Positions 12,919 to 25,995 of a DNA stretch of 64,000 nt are shown piece by piece; positions within the stretch are counted from its first letter, which is position 1, and the number at the start of each line of letters is the position of its first letter. A program made the translations under genes and the position numbers. Where the stretch lies: NCBI RefSeq assembly GCF_001194135.2, contig NC_068981.1:134389292-134453291 (forward strand). The letters are read 5' to 3'. The notes under the pieces were generated by a model. The model saw only the letters and a program-made list of their open reading frames with translations, made no database searches and was not told the origin of the DNA. This DNA comes from Octopus bimaculoides (Eukaryota).

Positions 12919-12949
<31 letters not shown>

Positions 12950-13395
12950 GTATGTATGTATGTATGTCTGTATGTATGTGCATGCAGATTTGCATGTTTA
13001 ATGTATGTATTCTCATGCATATAGTTACATATCCTGACATGCTCATATATATTTAAATGATAAACTTCTGGAAAGTTTTACAGATTTTTACAGTTCTAGT
13101 GATGGATTGGATCTCTAGTCTTCTATGTATGTATGTACGTGTGTGCGTGTTTGTGGCATGTACATCTGTGTGTGTTACTGTCTCCTTGTCTTAATAGTTG
13201 TAAATGAGTGTCACTGTTATACAGCAGTGTCCTTCATTTCGAAACATCTGTGAAAACATATCTGGTCATGAGGAAATATTACCGTATTCGAGGGTTGGTG
13301 ACAGGAAGGACATCCATCCATTATAAAATCCACCTCAAGAAATTCCATCCAACCCATGCCAGCGTAGAAAAGTGGATGTTAGAACAATAATAATG
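12598..13395 (+). mobile_element. SINE (head 12598-12780, tail 13150-13395) interrupted by a GTTT/GTCT/GTAT-microsatellite-bearing repeat
   Basis: Head and tail match other SINE copies; the insert 12780-13130 is unrelated to the SINE. Confidence 0.6.
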
Positions 13396-14427
13396 GTAAT
13401 ATACATCATCAACAATTAAATACTGACTTCCATATTTCCTTAATAATCGTACTTGATTTTATAGTATTCATATTTACAATAATTGGTGTATGTAAATATT
13501 AGATTTGCTTTCAAAATATATACATTTTGCTCAGCTCAACAACTAAAAATATTTTCTTAGAACTGTTTTTCAATTCAATTTCTTCTAATTGTATGAAATT
13601 TTTTTGTTTCTGAGAAGTTTTGAAAGCATATTTTTTAGTTTCTATTCTTCTTTTTTTTTTTTAAATTCCATGTACATTCAATTGCTTGTTGATGATCATT
13701 GATTCTTTCTCTCATCACTTTTTTTTGCTTTCTTTGAAATAGATGATATATATCTTTTCTGACAAATGCTCTTTGACAACTATTGATTTCATATCAACAT
13801 ATTGATGAAATCAATTCCTAATCTTTACCATTCTCACTTCATTCTCTCAATTCCTCTCAATTGAATGCAGGCTCTTAAGCTGTCAGATATCCTAAAGATT
13901 TCCTCTAAGCATTTGAGTTATTGATTTCAACCGATGTCAACAAATTTTGTTACGGCAATATACTAATGATGGTTGTAATACTTTTGAAATATTAAAAGTG
14001 TTGGTTGGTGGGGAAGTTTGTCAAGAAAATTTTATTGTAATGTTAATGCAGTTTTTACTGTACATTGCTGTGCATCTTTCTGTATTGCAGGAAATATGTA
14101 GATTTAAAATATTTCCTATTGTTCTGTAAGATCATTTTGCTTAGATAAAGCATAAATGACCTATTTCTTTTAAAGAATGATAAAAATATAAAATAGATAT
14201 AATAAAAAAAATGACTGAGGTTAAGGATTTGTATCATAAATTTTCACTCGAATAACGTATGTGAATGCATTCAAACAGTATCATTTAACAAAAATGACTG
14301 CTGCTTTTTATCAAACTGAAATGGATTTAGGCATATTCTGTTGTCTAATCATGCATGTTAACCATTACAATATTTATACTTTGCATATTCATAGATACAC
14401 ATGTACACATACATACATACATGCATG

Positions 14428-14468
<41 letters not shown>

Positions 14469-14469
14469 T

Positions 14470-14760
14470 TGTTAATGCTTAATGGCCACTTTTTCCATGC
14501 TTGCATGGGTTAGACGGAACTTGTTGAGGTAGTCACTGATTTGGCAGTAACAGTGATGGTTCTTTATGACTTGATACCCTACCTGTTGCTAACCCTTACC
14601 TGTTTCCAAGTAGGGTAATATTTCCCCATGATCAGACATGTTTTTCACAGAAGACTGGAAACAAAAAAAAAAAATGTTGTTTGTATGATGATAACACTCA
14701 TTTACAATAATCCCATGATGTCAAGGCAACGATTTTCATCTACCAAATTCACTCACCCAC
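14470..14760 (-). mobile_element. SINE 3' half
   Basis: cacttttccatgcttgcatgggttagacgg..ccttacctgtttccaagtagggtaatatttcccc. Confidence 0.65.
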
Positions 14761-15706
14761 TTTTATAAAACCATGTTGTTATTGCTTCTTTCAAAGTATC
14801 TTGTAGTTAGTCAGAATTCAAGTAGTTCTGATAGAGCATTTTCAGAGGACTAGCAGTCTGTTCCTAAAATCTGATTTTGTTAGGTTTTAGGAGTAGGGCA
14901 GGAAGATCATTCAGTTCTAGAGCCAAGTTTGTGTGAATATAACTTATTAATTTGATTATGATGTATTAAGATCAAATGAGACATTTGAGTGCAACTGATT
15001 AGATGCTGACGACTTGGCGTGGTCGACTGGATTTTCAGTCAGTTTCGATGACAGTATGTTTGGTGCTAGAAGCAAGCATGCACGTGCACACACACACACA
15101 CAGATAGAAAGAGTAAATGTGAGAGACATTACAATTTACTTATTGAACATAAATAACATAAACAATTTCCTTCTCTTCATATGTATAAAAAGAAATATGT
15201 TCACACACATAAACATAGAAGAGAGAGAGAGAGAAGGAGAGTGAAGAAGAGAAATATTGAAATGAGAGAAACATAAAAATGTGATGTCAGATAAGTCAGC
15301 ATCAAATCAGTGATGCCAGATAGTGTCAAAACAGCAAGGCCAAAATGTCTTGTACATGTATTCAGATGGTGTAAGAAATTATTGTCTGGCAAAATATATG
15401 AGGCTGTTCAATATGTTGATTTTTCTGTTGGAAAAGATGCTTTCATGTTGCTCTCTAACAAGAAAGAAAACCCCATGAAGAAGAGTTCGTGTATGAGTGA
15501 TTGTCACATTGAAGTGGATTTATTTTTGAATTCAACACTAGAGACTCATGTGCATAGTACAAGAAAGCTTTTGGATGTGACATTATCCGCTTAGCCACCA
15601 GGAGTTCTGTCTTTGATATTTCTTCTTCATAGGAACCTACTGGAGCAGCTTCAATGATTTATATTTTAATCTTCTTTAATAATATTCTCTATGTATAAAT
15701 ATAACA

Positions 15707-15749
<43 letters not shown>

Positions 15750-17095
15750 TAGATAGATAGATGTATACACACATTATGCACGCGTGTGTGTGCACGCATG
15801 TGTATGTATAGGACTAAAAAATGAAGAGTGTGTGTGTATACATATACACACACACATATGTGCATATATGCTTAAATATATATACATATATACACACATG
15901 CATCTGTATATATGTATATATACACACACACATGTATGAGAGTGGGTGAACAAATGGAAGAAAGTAGTACTCAACACATTTAGTTGGAGTTGTAAATATT
16001 TAATAACAAGTTGACTCAGCTCTGCATGACCCAAACTTACATTGGTTACAGAATGCACCCACATCCTTGAGTGCATGGAGTGAAAGTACAGGGAATTTAA
16101 AGGAAATGTTTAAAATGGGGTTCTAGTTTAAAACATTTGGGACTCCATTTGTCATTCCAGATGATGTAGATTCTTTATTTGACAGTAACAGTGATGCTTT
16201 TGCTATACATATGTTCCACATAAGACAATCCTAAGGATTTTTTCTACAGTTATTACACATATGAGTATATATTTGGTTAATTGTTTTAAATCTGTTTATT
16301 ATGTAAAGCAGTTAATAATTTTAAATCTATTGATTGTGTAAAGCTTTTTTAAAAAAAACCCATTACGAGAAACAGTCATTCATAGTGTTACAGAATCAGT
16401 CATTTACGAATGAGAGAACAGTTTTATTTCTGAGTATATTTCCTTTGTATTTTATTAAATTTAATTATTTGAATTTTTCTCATTTCTAACCCTAACTCTG
16501 GCTACTTCACACTTTGTCTGTGTCACCCCCGTCACCCCCCCTCTCTCTCCACTTCTCACCTACTTTTTTTTACCTTCTAAACCCACCTCTCTTTATATTT
16601 TTAATCTTTCTTCTATTTCTTTCTCCTTCTACATCACTAAAGCCTCACAGAAAGAATAATAAAAGTGCCATTTTTTTAATATAGAGATTCCAAAATTCTA
16701 TAGAAGTGTATGAATGTGTCTATAAAATATCAGTATCAAATATTTTGATTTTGTACTGAAAAGTTGTTCCTCTTCAACCAATAATAAACCTTGTAGAAAA
16801 GTGAAATTGTTTTGCTGTTGTTTAATAAATAACTCCTAAATATAACTACTGATATAATTCACTATATTAGATGAAATCATGATTCAGATTAATGATACCA
16901 TATCTTTTAAAATGAAATTTTGGTTAACCTAAATAAAACAATACAAAACTCTTGTATAAGTCAAAGTTGAATAATCAGTAACTACACTTTAAAAATTTTT
17001 TTTTCCCAAAATGTTTTTTTTTTAACTTGACTGAAATAAAAAAAGTATATACAATTCTTATTTCTTCAAAAATCAATCTACTTTTCTTTTAGCTT

Positions 17096-17136
<41 letters not shown>

Positions 17137-19689
17137 GAAGTATTTGGACATGGCTTTACCACAGAAGATATATTGTAATCAAGTACTTGTTTTGAAAACC
17201 AAAATAGAATTACTGAAAGAACTCGAAATAATGGCATAATTAATTCTAGCAAATTATAAGGTCTTGGAAAAAGTAGTATTGCTTTCATTGTGAAAGCATA
17301 TTTATATAAACTGTATGAAAGCTAACTCAGAATTAACAATTATTCTTTATTTTTCTTTCATAAACTGTTGTTCATACATTTTATGTTGTATACTGAATTA
17401 TTTTATACTAGATTCTGTATAAAATATATGCTTTGAAAAAATATAGTTATCTTGAGTTTCTTTTTCCTGATAGTTTTGTTAGGTATAATTATAATCTCTT
17501 TTGTCTGATATACTTTCGTAAATATTTTCGTATGACTGTCTTTAGTTTCCATTTTCATCAGTAACTAAAAATAGTCAAGACTCTTTCCATGACCATATGT
17601 AGTAAATTAAAGATTAAATTCTCACTACATGAATCAAACTGAATTGTAAAAATAAAATAAAAAGAAATTATCAAATACCATAATAGAAGAATTAAAGACA
17701 GACTTGGTACATGAGCTAAAGTTTGATATGGTTCAGTGAAATTAAATAGATATGAATAATGATATAGTTATAAGTTGGTCATAATAGTTTCAGGACATGT
17801 ACTGTGAAAGAATTGATATACTGAAGAAAGAAAAATTCTAAATGGGTTGAGGAAATATTTGGAATGGACCCTCCCAACATGTTATAAAAAACAATTTCTT
17901 TGTAGTTTGTATCAAGAGTGTTCACTACATCAAAGTAAAAATCTGTATTAGCTATCATTTGAAGCAATCAAATTTGGATTTATGTGAAGAGCTTATTAGC
18001 TCTCATGGTGGAGGTTGATTAATTACCAAAGAATATCTTGACCCTTTCACAGCAAAATTAAATTTCATAGTTATTCCAGTAATGATGTTAAGCATCTACC
18101 AAAAATAGAATTGATATTTTCTGCAAGTCACATTACCTTAATAAATTTTACATACTTCAACAGAAAGTTTCAAACATGACATTGCTCAACCAGAGATAGA
18201 TTGGTGTATAAAACTGCTTCTAGTTAAGGGTAATTAAATTTAGAGGGGATATATCTGCCGCATGTAAATGTGGCAGATGCCAGCTCCAGCTATCTGGAGC
18301 AACCAAGACTCCACTGCAAGGATGTTTTTGAGTATAACTTTGTCCATTTGCCATATATTGACAGACAGAACTGGCCACTGACAAGACAACCAGACAAAAA
18401 TGCATATATGCACCGGGGAACCATATAAACTGTTGTACAAGACAGATATGAAACTCATCATTGGGTGAGCCATGAAGATAATGATGATGATAGCATGCTG
18501 CACAATGACAACTTGTAGCAATGATAAATATTTCAATGTAAAACTAATGTTGATTTTCACCTTAAAGTACAAGAGTGTAGAAACTTTGAAATCTAATCAA
18601 CTTGTATTCACTCTGTATACACCCAGCTATCCAGTTTGTAACAATAAACAGGAAGCAAACATTGTGATAACACACCACTTTTGTCCACAAAAGAATAGAA
18701 AGATTAAGTGTTAGATTTAATTTAAAGAACTCATTTATCAAATCAGACTTTCATTGTGCATTATTGAGGATATACAAATGTTATGGCTACATATGAATAA
18801 TGAATCTCTTGGCTGATTTTATTTGTAATTCCTAATTTTTGTCGAATCTTCCAAATTTATATGCAACTATTCTATGCATGATTCTATTTATCTTCCAGGA
18901 ATATATGAATATTGCTTCTCTCTTGTTTACAGCAATATTATTGCTTTCTCATTTTCCTTTCTCATTCTCAATCTACTCCTCCTTTACTTTCCTTTTCAAT
19001 AAATGAGTAAATTATTTTAAAAATAAAATCTTGAATATTCATCAACTGTCAGTTGATCTAGCACTCCCCAACATATTTCATGTACAATTATCTAGCAAGT
19101 GTTGACCAGCTGCTGAATACTTAAACACATTTACAGTAGAGATGCAAGCTATTTATTTACTTCTTTGTTATTTATCTCACCAATTATTCACTTTCTTCTC
19201 TTTGTAGATTTAATATTTTTCCCATAATAATTTAATAACTAATATGAATGCTTAAAATTTAACTCATAAATAATAAAGCAATCATATCAAGCCTCTGAGC
19301 TTGCCTTTCTTCTATAACTTTGATAGCAACTTAAGAGAAAGATTATTATTTATTAATGGTAGATTGTTATTGGAACTTTTCTAGTCTGCTTCTTCAATCT
19401 TTATTCAGTAAGAAAATCATAATTACAGTATATTTTTATTTATTTATTTTTCCCCCTTTTGTAAATTTTAAGTGACTAGTTTGAAGCAACAGCAACAAAT
19501 TGCTATTTGTGTGTTAGAAATGACAGGGAAATTTAAAGAAAATGACTAACTACTATAAAGTAATATCTTCAAGAGAGACCATAGAATGTTCATTTCAGAA
19601 TCAGTTCAAAAATCCAAGACAGCCTATTTTAAATTTTTATTGTATTCTAACTGTACTCTTTAACTGAAACTCAAATGAAATAAACAAAC

Positions 19690-19990
19690 TCTAATCTCTG
19701 CTGTCCTCTCACTCTGTCTTTCCTGCTGATATTACAGTGGCCTCTGCACCACAGAGCCTGCTGACCATGTTACCTCCACTCAGGCCCACCAGATTCATTT
19801 CTTCTTCCTCATCACCCCAGATTCCCCTTTAACCAAATTTCCCCATTATTCCTCCTTATAACATCAGCTCTCTATAGCATTCACTCTCTACCCATGATTT
19901 TTGTGCAGTCGTTCAAGATGAACGTCAACCACATTCATTCCAATGGTCTTGGAGATCTTACAAAGGCCATGGGTGTCGCCTTTTTCCTCA
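19690..19990 (+). pseudogene. L2/CR1-group LINE 3' end relic
   Basis: ..gatattacagtggcctctgcaccacagagcct.. reads xYYSGLCTTEP, resembling the L2-type FYRYYxGLCSxEL motif also seen at 29870 (-). Confidence 0.45.
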
Positions 19991-20250
19991 GAACAAACCA
20001 TTAAAAAACAAAAAAAAAAAAGCAAAGCAAAAACAACTCTATAGGCATTATATTTTTTCCCTCAGACTTATTAGTTTGCTATAGTGAACAATTTCCATGC
20101 CTTGGTATTTTAAATGTCTTTTATGTCCAAAAAATCTTTTCATTATATTTTGTTTCTGTATTTTGTAAAATTTTTGAGGTGAAATTGTGTGTTGAAACAG
20201 ATTTTGTTGCACTCTGGGAGGTTCATATTTCTAATAAAACTCATACACTT

Positions 20251-20941
20251 NNNNNNNNNNNNNNNNNNNNNNNNNNNNNNNNNNNNNNNNNNNNNNNNNN
20301 NNNNNNNNNNNNNNNNNNNNNNNNNNNNNNNNNNNNNNNNNNNNNNNNNNNNNNNNNNNNNNNNNNNNNNNNNNNNNNNNNNNNNNNNNNNNNNNNNNNN
20401 NNNNNNNNNNNNNNNNNNNNNNNNNNNNNNNNNNNNNNNNNNNNNNNNNNNNNNNNNNNNNNNNNNNNNNNNNNNNNNNNNNNNNNNNNNNNNNNNNNNN
20501 NNNNNNNNNNNNNNNNNNNNNNNNNNNNNNNNNNNNNNNNNNNNNNNNNNNNNNNNNNNNNNNNNNNNNNNNNNNNNNNNNNNNNNNNNNNNNNNNNNNN
20601 NNNNNNNNNNNNNNNNNNNNNNNNNNNNNNNNNNNNNNNNNNNNNNNNNNNNNNNNNNNNNNNNNNNNNNNNNNNNNNNNNNNNNNNNNNNNNNNNNNNN
20701 NNNNNNNNNNNNNNNNNNNNNNNNNNNNNNNNNNNNNNNNNNNNNNNNNNNNNNNNNNNNNNNNNNNNNNNNNNNNNNNNNNNNNNNNNNNNNNNNNNNN
20801 NNNNNNNNNNNNNNNNNNNNNNNNNNNNNNNNNNNNNNNNNNNNNNNNNNNNNNNNNNNNNNNNNNNNNNNNNNNNNNNNNNNNNNNNNNNNNNNNNNNN
20901 NNNNNNNNNNNNNNNNNNNNNNNNNNNNNNNNNNNNNNNNN
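20251..20941. other. Assembly gap
   Basis: Run of N. Other gaps at about 10628, 26000, 34310, 36503, 41526, 51399, 52182, 59592, 60749. Confidence 0.99.
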
Positions 20942-22099
20942 GGTAAACGACATTATTCCTGAAGAAACTTCCCCACTTTCCAAAAAGGTAAAAGTGAAAC
21001 ATTGGGAGTGTATAGGTTTTTGAAAGTGGTGAGGTGATGAGTAAAATTCTTAAAGATTCATACTCTCTGTCTTTTTTCCATGGATTTTGAAAAAAGTAAA
21101 AAATGAATTTGGTGTGGAGAGAGAGAAAATTAAAATATTGAGAACGTGTTTTGTGGTTGAAATCCTAATCTCCCGTATAGCAAACACAGGAATTCAAAGA
21201 AATTTAGGAAAAAAAATAAGGGGGGATTGGAAATGTCACAGCAGACATGCTAGAAAGCAGAGGTAAAGGACAGGATTTCTGGGGAAAACTTCCTTCTAAG
21301 TTTATATTGAAGATCAGATTTTTAAATACGCTCATCACAAATACAAATTACACAATAGGAAAAGATAATTTCAATTGGATTTGAGCTGTAAATTTGCACG
21401 TGCATGCCACAAGAAATAATATAATTCACACAGAAGTTTTACCTAGAGTGTGTGTGTGTGTGTCAAAGAAAGTTATTTTATGGCAATCTTTCGTTTGAAG
21501 AAGCAAAGTTGTCAACTCAACATATAGGGAACATATGATTGTTCGTTAATTTCCATAAAATTGTTTTATTTTCTATATGCTTTGAAGAGGGCAGAAATTA
21601 AAGGAGAGGATAAAGAGAAAAGGCAACATTTGCTTTGAAGTGAGAGGAGAATGTAAAAGAGAAGAAAGTGTAAGATGTACGTGTATATGAAAGAGACGAG
21701 TGTGAGAGAAAGAGAATGAGTTAAGGTGTGTGTTGTGATGTATAAATATTTTTTGCATGTGTAAGTGGCACTCACTCGCAACCGCTCTGTCTGTCTGTCT
21801 GTCTCTTTCTCTCTCTCTCTCACACACACACACATTATCTTTATGCACACCACCCATTATCGGCTTAACCTTACCCCTAAACACCAGGAGTGCGTATTCT
21901 TTACCTTCGCTCATAAATACATATGTATACATCTTTTTTGTGCATGAGAGAGAAAGAGAGGGAGAGAGAGAGTGTGTAACTGTATTTCCTCATAACAGAA
22001 ATGGATATCTTTTAATGCAATTTTTTTGGTTGTGGCTTATTTTAATACAATATTTATGTGTACATTTCATAAATGTTTGTCTGAGTAGAATTCTACACA

Positions 22100-22205
22100 T
22101 GTGTGAAACAGCGGACGAAAGTGAAGCATTAGAAGCAGATTGAAATACTGTCTGAAAATGACCTCAAAATTGTGTGACCCAGCGTAGTTGCTGAGATTAG
22201 TTTAG
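22100..22205 (+). mobile_element. Possible Helitron 3' terminus
   Basis: cccagc-gtagtt-gctgag hairpin (one mismatch) at 22178-22195, then attagtTTAG|t, one change from CTAG|T. Confidence 0.35.
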
Positions 22206-22489
22206 TTGTAAATAGAGTTGTTGTGTCAAAAACAGTTTATTTGGTAGATAGATAATAAGTAGCTTTCCTTTTTATAATACACATGTGACTAATTTGGAGA
22301 AACATTACTTTCATTATTCACACATCGTCACTTTCATAATGCAACACTTTGTAATTTTGGTTCAAATTGAAAGTGTGAAACTATTTTCATTCTCTAATGG
22401 AATCTGGTCGTTGTAGAAAAGTGTATTTGGAATAACTATAGTTGGTTGTTGAGATAATGCAGAAAATATGTAAATGAAAATGAAGTTTA

Positions 22490-22815
22490 TTTGACTTGTG
22501 TAATTGATTTGATTGTTCTGGTCTCAACATCAGTTGGTAAGAATAGAAGTCATTTGACAATACCTTTTTGTTTGTAATTGGTTATCCTGTTGCCAGTTCA
22601 ATTCATGGGATATTGAAATGATGACCATCTTGTCCATTCCACAGAATAAGAGTATACTGGAGTGCATCATAGGACGGATGAGTCTGTGAAACACTTAAGG
22701 TCGTTATCTTGAACACGAATGAGAATATCATGATTTTGAAGGGGATCACCAACCATAAGGATGGGTACTTCATTAGATGTGGGCTCATTAAAACAGTGTA
22801 AAATGTTCTTTACTA
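22490..22815 (-). pseudogene. Helitron RepHel N-terminal fragment
   Basis: FNEPTSNEVPILMVGDP..DILIRVQDNDL[fs]SVSQTHPSYDALQYTLILWNGQDGHHFNIP..NKKVLSNDFYSYQLMLR, matching the Helitron FNAPT.NEVA..HxSYDALQYPL motif. Confidence 0.8.
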
Positions 22816-22932
22816 TAGTTTACTATAGACGTAACGAACACAGAAACGCACACACATACATACTCATAGAATTGATAATATTGAAAACAGCAAAACGTAT
22901 ACACATGAAGTTCAAGTAAAATGAAATGTTGT

Positions 22933-23103
22933 CAATATAGGTGCAAAACATGCTTTCTGTAGCATAGTTATGCTATAAATAAATAGAAAGTCACCTCTTT
23001 AGCAAAAGTTACTAAATGTAGTAAATATAAGTGCAAAACATACTTTCTATAGCATAGTTATTATATAAAAATATGGAAAGTCACCAATTTATCAAAAGTT
23101 AGT
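22933..23103 (+). repeat. Two-unit ~90-bp tandem duplication next to the Helitron fragment
   Basis: aatata(g/a)gtgcaaaacat..ctttct.tagcatagtta..gaaagtcacc..tttaNcaaaagtta twice. Confidence 0.75.
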
Positions 23104-24334
23104 ATGTGTCACCAATGTAAGAAAGTACAGAAAGTCAACGTTCATTTGGAACATGCAGTAAATGTTATAAAATTCACGATTGAATGTCAGTGAAGAAAGT
23201 GAAAGTCCAAGAAAATTCAAAAGGCATAATTCAATTTTTCATACAAAAATAATTTACTTTACAACCATGGGGGGGGGGGGAGTTACATGTTACATACATA
23301 AACTAAGACACACACACATACATTAACACACACCTGAAGCTTGAATCTGTCCCTGTGTGTGTCTGTCTCTGTCTTTAGATGTGTGTGTGTCAGTTGTCAC
23401 AAAAATGTATGTATACTGACAGACACATACACCATCACACACATATACTTGTCAGTCATCTAACATGGGTAACGAACGCGTAACGAACATACCTAACATA
23501 GGTAATGAACACGCAAACACACTCATATAGAAAATGTGACATCATCGTCGTTGTGGTGGTAGTGGTGGTAAAGGATGTCATTTACGATAGGTAACTAAAA
23601 GAAAAATGATAATGTTAAATTTTTGTAGTGCATATATGTGAATGAAGATATAGTTTAGTTGTTTGTCAAAAGCTTACTGAATCTTTTGATACTCCATACA
23701 TTAAAATCAGCATCTTGGTTTTGGAATGCATAAGGAACATACGCACACACACACAGACACACACACATACAAATTCTCTGTTATATTTGTAGATTAATTA
23801 ATTAATTAATTGAAATATCAAAGCATGTATTTTATTGGAAGTAAAACTTTTCCAAAGAGGAACAGTTTATCATAGCATCTGAAGGATTTTATGTTCTTTG
23901 TCATTACTGAAATATAATTCAAATTCACTATGAATTTATGTTTTGTTCATTGTTTGGTGCATGAAAGTATGATTAATCTCAGTAATTAAGGTCATTAAAT
24001 ATTGACATGTAGGTAATTGGTTATTGTAATAAGCCTTGTATAGTTTTGCATGTAAAACTTTTCAAAATAAATTTATTAGGAACATGTGCAAGAGCAACCA
24101 TGAAAAATGTTAAAAAAATAATAGGATATATTTTGTGTCACTTACCCATAGTTAAACTCATTGTAATAGGTGATGTTCTACCTCTCTTGAGCTGAGAGAT
24201 CAATCTATTGTTAAATTTTAGGAGCCTACATCTGCCAGAATCATCAAGGTAATGGCTGCATATTACTTGAATTGATGCCAAATAAATATCAATCATATCA
24301 AGGTGGTTTTTCCATGATATTATCAAATTGCATA

Positions 24335-24541
24335 AACCAGCTATATCTGGCCAAAATATTCTCCCTGTTTTATGTTCAAAATGGTCAGATTCAGCCTTTC
24401 ACACCTGCCATACAGTGTCATTCAAAAAATAAAGAATCACATCATCAGAATCTCCAAGCTACAAGATAAGTGATTAGTTGAAAATAATTTGGATAAATAA
24501 ACATTAAATTTGACATAGGAATCTGAATGCTAAAGGGTTAA
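24335..24541 (-). mobile_element. piggyBac-like MITE (partial)
   Basis: Ends gaatgctaaaggg|ttaa; same family as 24610, 32850 and 40236. Confidence 0.7.
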
Positions 24542-24609
24542 CCCCCACCTCTTTTCCTTATTTTTTTTTCTGTTTCTTCAATTCTTTGTATTTAAATATC
24601 ATAATTTAA

Positions 24610-24825
24610 TCCTTTAGTGTTTCAACCAGCCATATCCGGCTTAAATGTTCCAACTATTTTATGTTCAAACTGGCATGATTCAGCCCTTTACACTTAGTCT
24701 ACAACGTCATTTTAAAAGTAAACACACCATTGAAATTTCAAAGCTACAAGACAATGCAGGATTAATTTTAAGCAATATGAAGAAATAAGCATTACATTTG
24801 ACACAGTAATCTGAATGCTAAAGGA
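24610..24825 (-). mobile_element. piggyBac-like MITE, both ends
   Basis: TTAA|tcctttagtgtt ... aatgctaaagga|TTAA; TTAA target duplication and CCCTTTAGCATT-like TIRs. Confidence 0.75.
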
Positions 24826-24864
24826 TTAAAATGTGGTAAGTTGGTATGTATATTTTATATGTAT

Positions 24865-25100
24865 GTCTCTGTGGCTTCTCTTTGTTTTGACATTATGTTC
24901 CTTCATCACCTTACAAGTGGTGTTGTTCATTTCCATACTTCTGTGAAAAAACATGTCCAGCCATTGGGGAAAATATTGCTTTGCTTGGAAACAGGCAAGT
25001 GTTGGTGACAGGAAAAGCATCAGGCAATAGGAAGGTTCTAACAAATGTCTTGTGACTCCTGCAAGCATGGAAAAGTGGATGTTACTATAATGATGATCAA
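24865..25100 (+). mobile_element. SINE 3' half with RTE-like tail
   Basis: ggggaaaatattgctttgcttggaaacagg..gcaagcatggaaaagtggatgtt. Confidence 0.65.
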
Positions 25101-25585
25101 CTACAGATATTTATCAATAAACTTCTTTTCTTTCTTTAGCAAACTCAGTACATGTAAGATAGATGTAAGCACCTTATCTTTACATACGATATCTGTGGAC
25201 AGAAAAAAAGGCATTAGCCAGGTCAAGGTGATTACAACAGTTTATATAAAAACTAAAAATCTCTCCCTCTCTCTCTCCCTCTCTCACTCTTGCTCTTTGT
25301 AAAGGAAAAGGAGGCAGTCAGAATTTTGGATAATTCTTTATTAGTGTTTTCATTTGTTTAACTCTTCAAGAAAAATTGAACCCAAATTATTTTGGTTCAA
25401 TTTCTCTTGGAGAGTTTAGTTAAATGAATGAAAGCACTATTAGTAAAGGACAGTTGCCCAAGGTGCCACAAAAACACATGGTTGCAAAGAATTATCCAAA
25501 GCGAGTTTCTTAACCACATAGCTATGCCTGTATCCATATATATATATATATATATATATAACACATGCCTCTATCCATTCATATA

Positions 25586-25995
25586 TAGCATCGTCCTCTG
25601 TAGGACCGTCACATTTAGTTGGCAAATATATTTCATGATTCCATGCTACTACTGTTTACTTCTCACTCAGGGATTTAATATTGCTTGTTTCTCCTTTTTG
25701 GGGATCAGTAACAGTTTGTCACTGGAAAAAGTATATAGTATTTTGCATTTGAAATGAGTTCTCATTGCTAACTGGTGATTATCACACACTGATGACAGGT
25801 TACTACCCAGAAACCCAGGTCTGTGTATCGCATAAGGCTAGAGATGAGAACGATGATTTCCCTTCACAAATACTAATCGAGCACACACAGTGTGTCACTA
25901 TCCAGCTGGAGGAGATGTCCTCCTGGAGCTAAAAACAACAGTAGAATCGTCCTCAATGGGACCGCCACATTTAGTTGGCAAATATATTTTACGAT
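25586..25995 (+). mobile_element. Retrozyme-/pLTR-like non-autonomous element with terminal direct repeats and central hammerhead fold
   Basis: 50-bp direct repeats at 25590-25639 and 25946-25995 (44/50 identical, period 356); no coding capacity; (TA)n on both sides. Confidence 0.5.
25758..25851 (+). ncRNA. Type I hammerhead ribozyme fold with damaged helix II
   Basis: ACACA CTGATGA(25789-95) ca GGT-tact-ACC ca GAAA(25810-13) CC-ca-GG TC| TGTGT. Helix I extended by tgat/atcg past a 4-nt bulge and by gttctcat/atgagaac. Confidence 0.6.

Noticed and set aside
15005-15055. CTGACGA plus nearby hairpin and GAAAC on the opposite strand
   Set aside because: The two half-cores are on different strands; no hammerhead topology.
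15310-15594. 94-aa ORF and the opposite-strand open frame (SYEEEISKTELL..)
   Set aside because: No recognisable domain or convincing splice pair.
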